DNA from: Curvularia clavata
Lineage: Eukaryota
Assembly (NCBI GenBank): GCA_023920165.1
Contig: CP089277.1
Span: 1,116,001-1,180,000 of the forward strand
Reading direction: 5' to 3'
Length of the DNA: 64,000 nucleotides
Shown here: piece by piece, positions 61,704 through 64,000 of the stretch
Position numbering within the stretch: position 1 is the first letter of the stretch
Layout of the letters: each line of letters opens with the position of its first letter
Position numbers and translations under genes: made by a program
Notes under the pieces: model-generated
Told to the model about the DNA's origin: nothing
What the model saw: only the letters and a program-made list of their open reading frames with translations
Databases searched by the model: none

Positions 61704-63429
61704 TCACCGATCAGGCAACACGTACCGCCTTTCCACACTCATCTCCCGGTCCGCTTCATCCTCGCCTTCAAACCTCAATCTCACCAGGTTCTCAACAGTG
61801 TCTCCCTCCTTCCCACCGTCTTCCTTCTTCACCTTTCCGTCAGCTTGCCTCCATGTAGCAACCACTTCAGCTTTGTAAAAGGTGGTGGTGCCTGGATAAA
61901 GAGCTAACACATTCTTGCCCTTGGGGAGATCAGGCAGTGTTGCGTTGGAGGACTGAGGTGGAATAGGAATCAAATGGTTGACTGAAGCACGATATGGTGC
62001 AGATGGAGTTGGAGGATCCGGGTCAGCATCTATAATTTCATAGCGGCGTTGCTTGCCCTCGCCAATGACCGAAGTCACGCGACAGAGGATACCTTCGCCC
62101 TCGAAAGACATAGAGGAGGATGAGGATCGGTTTTTCGCATTGTTTCGGTAGAGCACTTCGGTTTGTGGAGTGAGGCGCGGTCGAGCTTCTGTGATCTGTC
62201 AGCCACCAATCGACTCGAGTAACGTGGATGACGGCTATAAAGCGGACGCTGAAAGGTACATGGTGGCATGAGCACACAGGAAAAAGTATGAGATGAGACG
62301 AGGTGAAATTTTGAGCTTGCCTATCCGACTACAAACCTCGAACAAGCCGAAAGAAAGATGACAAAGTGGGTATCGTCTGCCGTCTAGAAAAATGCCGAAA
62401 GTGAAGGTGTGGCTCAACGCTTGGTCTTGTATTTGATCTTGGGCTTGGGCTTGGAAGAAGGAAGAACCATCTTACCCTTACCCGAATCGTCCTTGTCATC
62501 CTCCATCTTCACGCTGCCCTCTCTTGCAACGGGGACTGATCCTGCTCTGCTACCACCAGACTTGGCAACCAGTCGGTCTTTCTGGCTGCTGATGACTACT
62601 TTAGGGCTGGGGCCTCCAGGACTATCAGCGGTCAGGCTGTCGCGGTCGTCGATGCTGTCTGTTAGCTTTCGTTTGCCCTGGCGGTCGCGTCCAGACTTTC
62701 CATGTCCGACGCTAGTCGATCGTGAAGCGGATGGCTGAGCTTCTTCAGAATTGCGCAGCGCGGCAAGGAGGGTCATTTGCGTGTGAACGTCGTTACCACC
62801 TTCAATAGGTTGGAGGAGGGCCTGTACCTCTTCAACCTTGCGGATGTTGTCGCGAAGAAGATCTTCCAAATCGTCGTCAATACGGGCTGAGCGTTCCTCT
62901 CCACGTTCTACTCAAGTTAGCACTGGTGCCGCCGCGCCAGCTGGTCTGACACACCTGTACGAGCGGCTTGCTCTGCTTGGAGCGCGAGTATCTTTTCCTG
63001 GAGAAGATCTGATTCTTTCTATGACGCGTTAGTAGAGGGCAACGCGGTGCTGTAGTTATATCAAACGGAAGCATGAATAATCGAGCCTCGGAGTCTCCCG
63101 TCTGTTGGACGTTCAGTCGATATAACTTCGCTGCGCCATGAAGTTTCCGCCACGCCTGTCTCTTTTCTCTGACTACGAGCTTGCAATGTAAGATTGCGGG
63201 TTGAGCATAGCCAGTGCACTCTCCAAAGTCGCACAGCTTGCGTGTCACATGGCGCGTTGTGAATGAGACGGGAGCTAGTCAACGAGAACACTGAGGATGC
63301 TTTGATTGAAATGCCGCATACCATGAGCTGGTCGACCCTTCGGCCATCAGACTTAATCGAGTTCCAAATCACCCTCTCCTCGTCGAACTCCTCCTTGAGT
63401 TGGCCGCGGGGCCTGCTTCGCGCAGCCAT
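61704..63429 (-). CDS. SGF29: SAGA-associated factor 29 (tandem Tudor)
   Basis: C-terminal EGILCRV...RYEIIDADP...VLALYPGTTTFYKAEV...LRFEGE. Introns at 63019..63321, ~62908..62954 and 62189..62475. Confidence 0.9.
63048..63213 (-). ncRNA. Candidate intronic box H/ACA snoRNA
   Basis: The minus strand shows hairpin - AGAGAA/AAAAGA (ANANNA) - hairpin closed by the 9-bp perfect stem AGTTATATC/GATATAACT - ACA. It lies inside the 303-nt SGF29 intron 1. Confidence 0.4.
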
Positions 63430-63754
63430 GTTGACGGAAGTTGATCTCCGCCAGCTCCCCAGCTCTTTCTGTGTTACCGGACGCGTTGTAGGTAGGTCAT
63501 GTGGAAGCGGTGTGGCTTTGTGAAAGAAGGGTGACAGCGGGAAACGCAGACGAGAGCACGTGTAGTCGATTGGGATGCAGGGCAGGAGCCGCGCTAGTGA
63601 CGGAAGAGGGGTAGGGTCTCCATGAGCTTAATCCGACAGCCTTGTGACGGTGATGAGGGCGCCAATAGCGGTACTACAGTGGGCCCGCCACAGCTCCGTT
63701 ACCACATACCGCTTTCCTCCACCACATTGACACGCTTTACGAAACAATATCAAA

Positions 63755-64000
63755 ATGCGGAACCCTCTTATCAGATTGGAATGCGGTAAGCTGAAGGTCC
63801 ACGACGCCAAAAACAAACGTGAATTGACGAGTTTGCAGGCGTGAACAGCTACGACTGGGGTACACAGCCCCGCATCATAACTCCATCAGCGGTATGCTGA
63901 AACAACCCAGGGAAAGTCGGTAAAGACTCGGCCGCTGCCAAATTTCACGCTGCGACAGCTTCCGATTTTTCAATCGAAGAAGAGAAGCCGTATGCTGAGG
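63755..64000 (+). CDS. PMI40: Mannose-6-phosphate isomerase, 5' end (truncated by window edge)
   Basis: Exons 63755..63785, 63839..63859 and 63911.. give [29 protein letters not shown]...EEEKPYAE, the class I PMI N-terminus. Absent from the ORF track. Confidence 0.92.

Overview
Intron-containing genomic DNA from a filamentous ascomycete (short GT-AG introns with CTAAC/CTGAC branch sites; Dothideomycete-like, which is an inference). I can reconstruct about 31 protein-coding genes plus two probable pseudogenes. The left ~20 kb is an accessory metabolic/detox block with no backbone synthase: LDH, GST, methyltransferase, ABM protein ending SKL, SDR, permease, P450 with a GC-AG intron, FAD monooxygenase and EthD protein. 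From ~20 kb on the genes are mostly housekeeping: PP2A-A, glutaredoxin, LMBR1, NBR1, Nop13-like, AIM24, eIF2beta, Mim2, Pin4, Hos4, Dfg10, Ku80, PurU, Sgf29 and the start of PMI. An 8-Cys secreted effector candidate that the ORF track missed interrupts this block. The most interesting non-obvious signals are at RNA level: a 283-nt eIF2beta intron that folds into a nested long rod, a candidate H/ACA snoRNA in SGF29 intron 1, a putative AUU-initiated mitochondrial extension of glutaredoxin, a possible Tudor-less SGF29 intron-retention isoform, and micro-exons in AIM24 and PMI. Gene models, homology calls and RNA pairings were made by eye without searches or folding software, so boundaries may be off by a few bases. 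I found no CRISPR array, tRNA, rRNA or intact mobile element.
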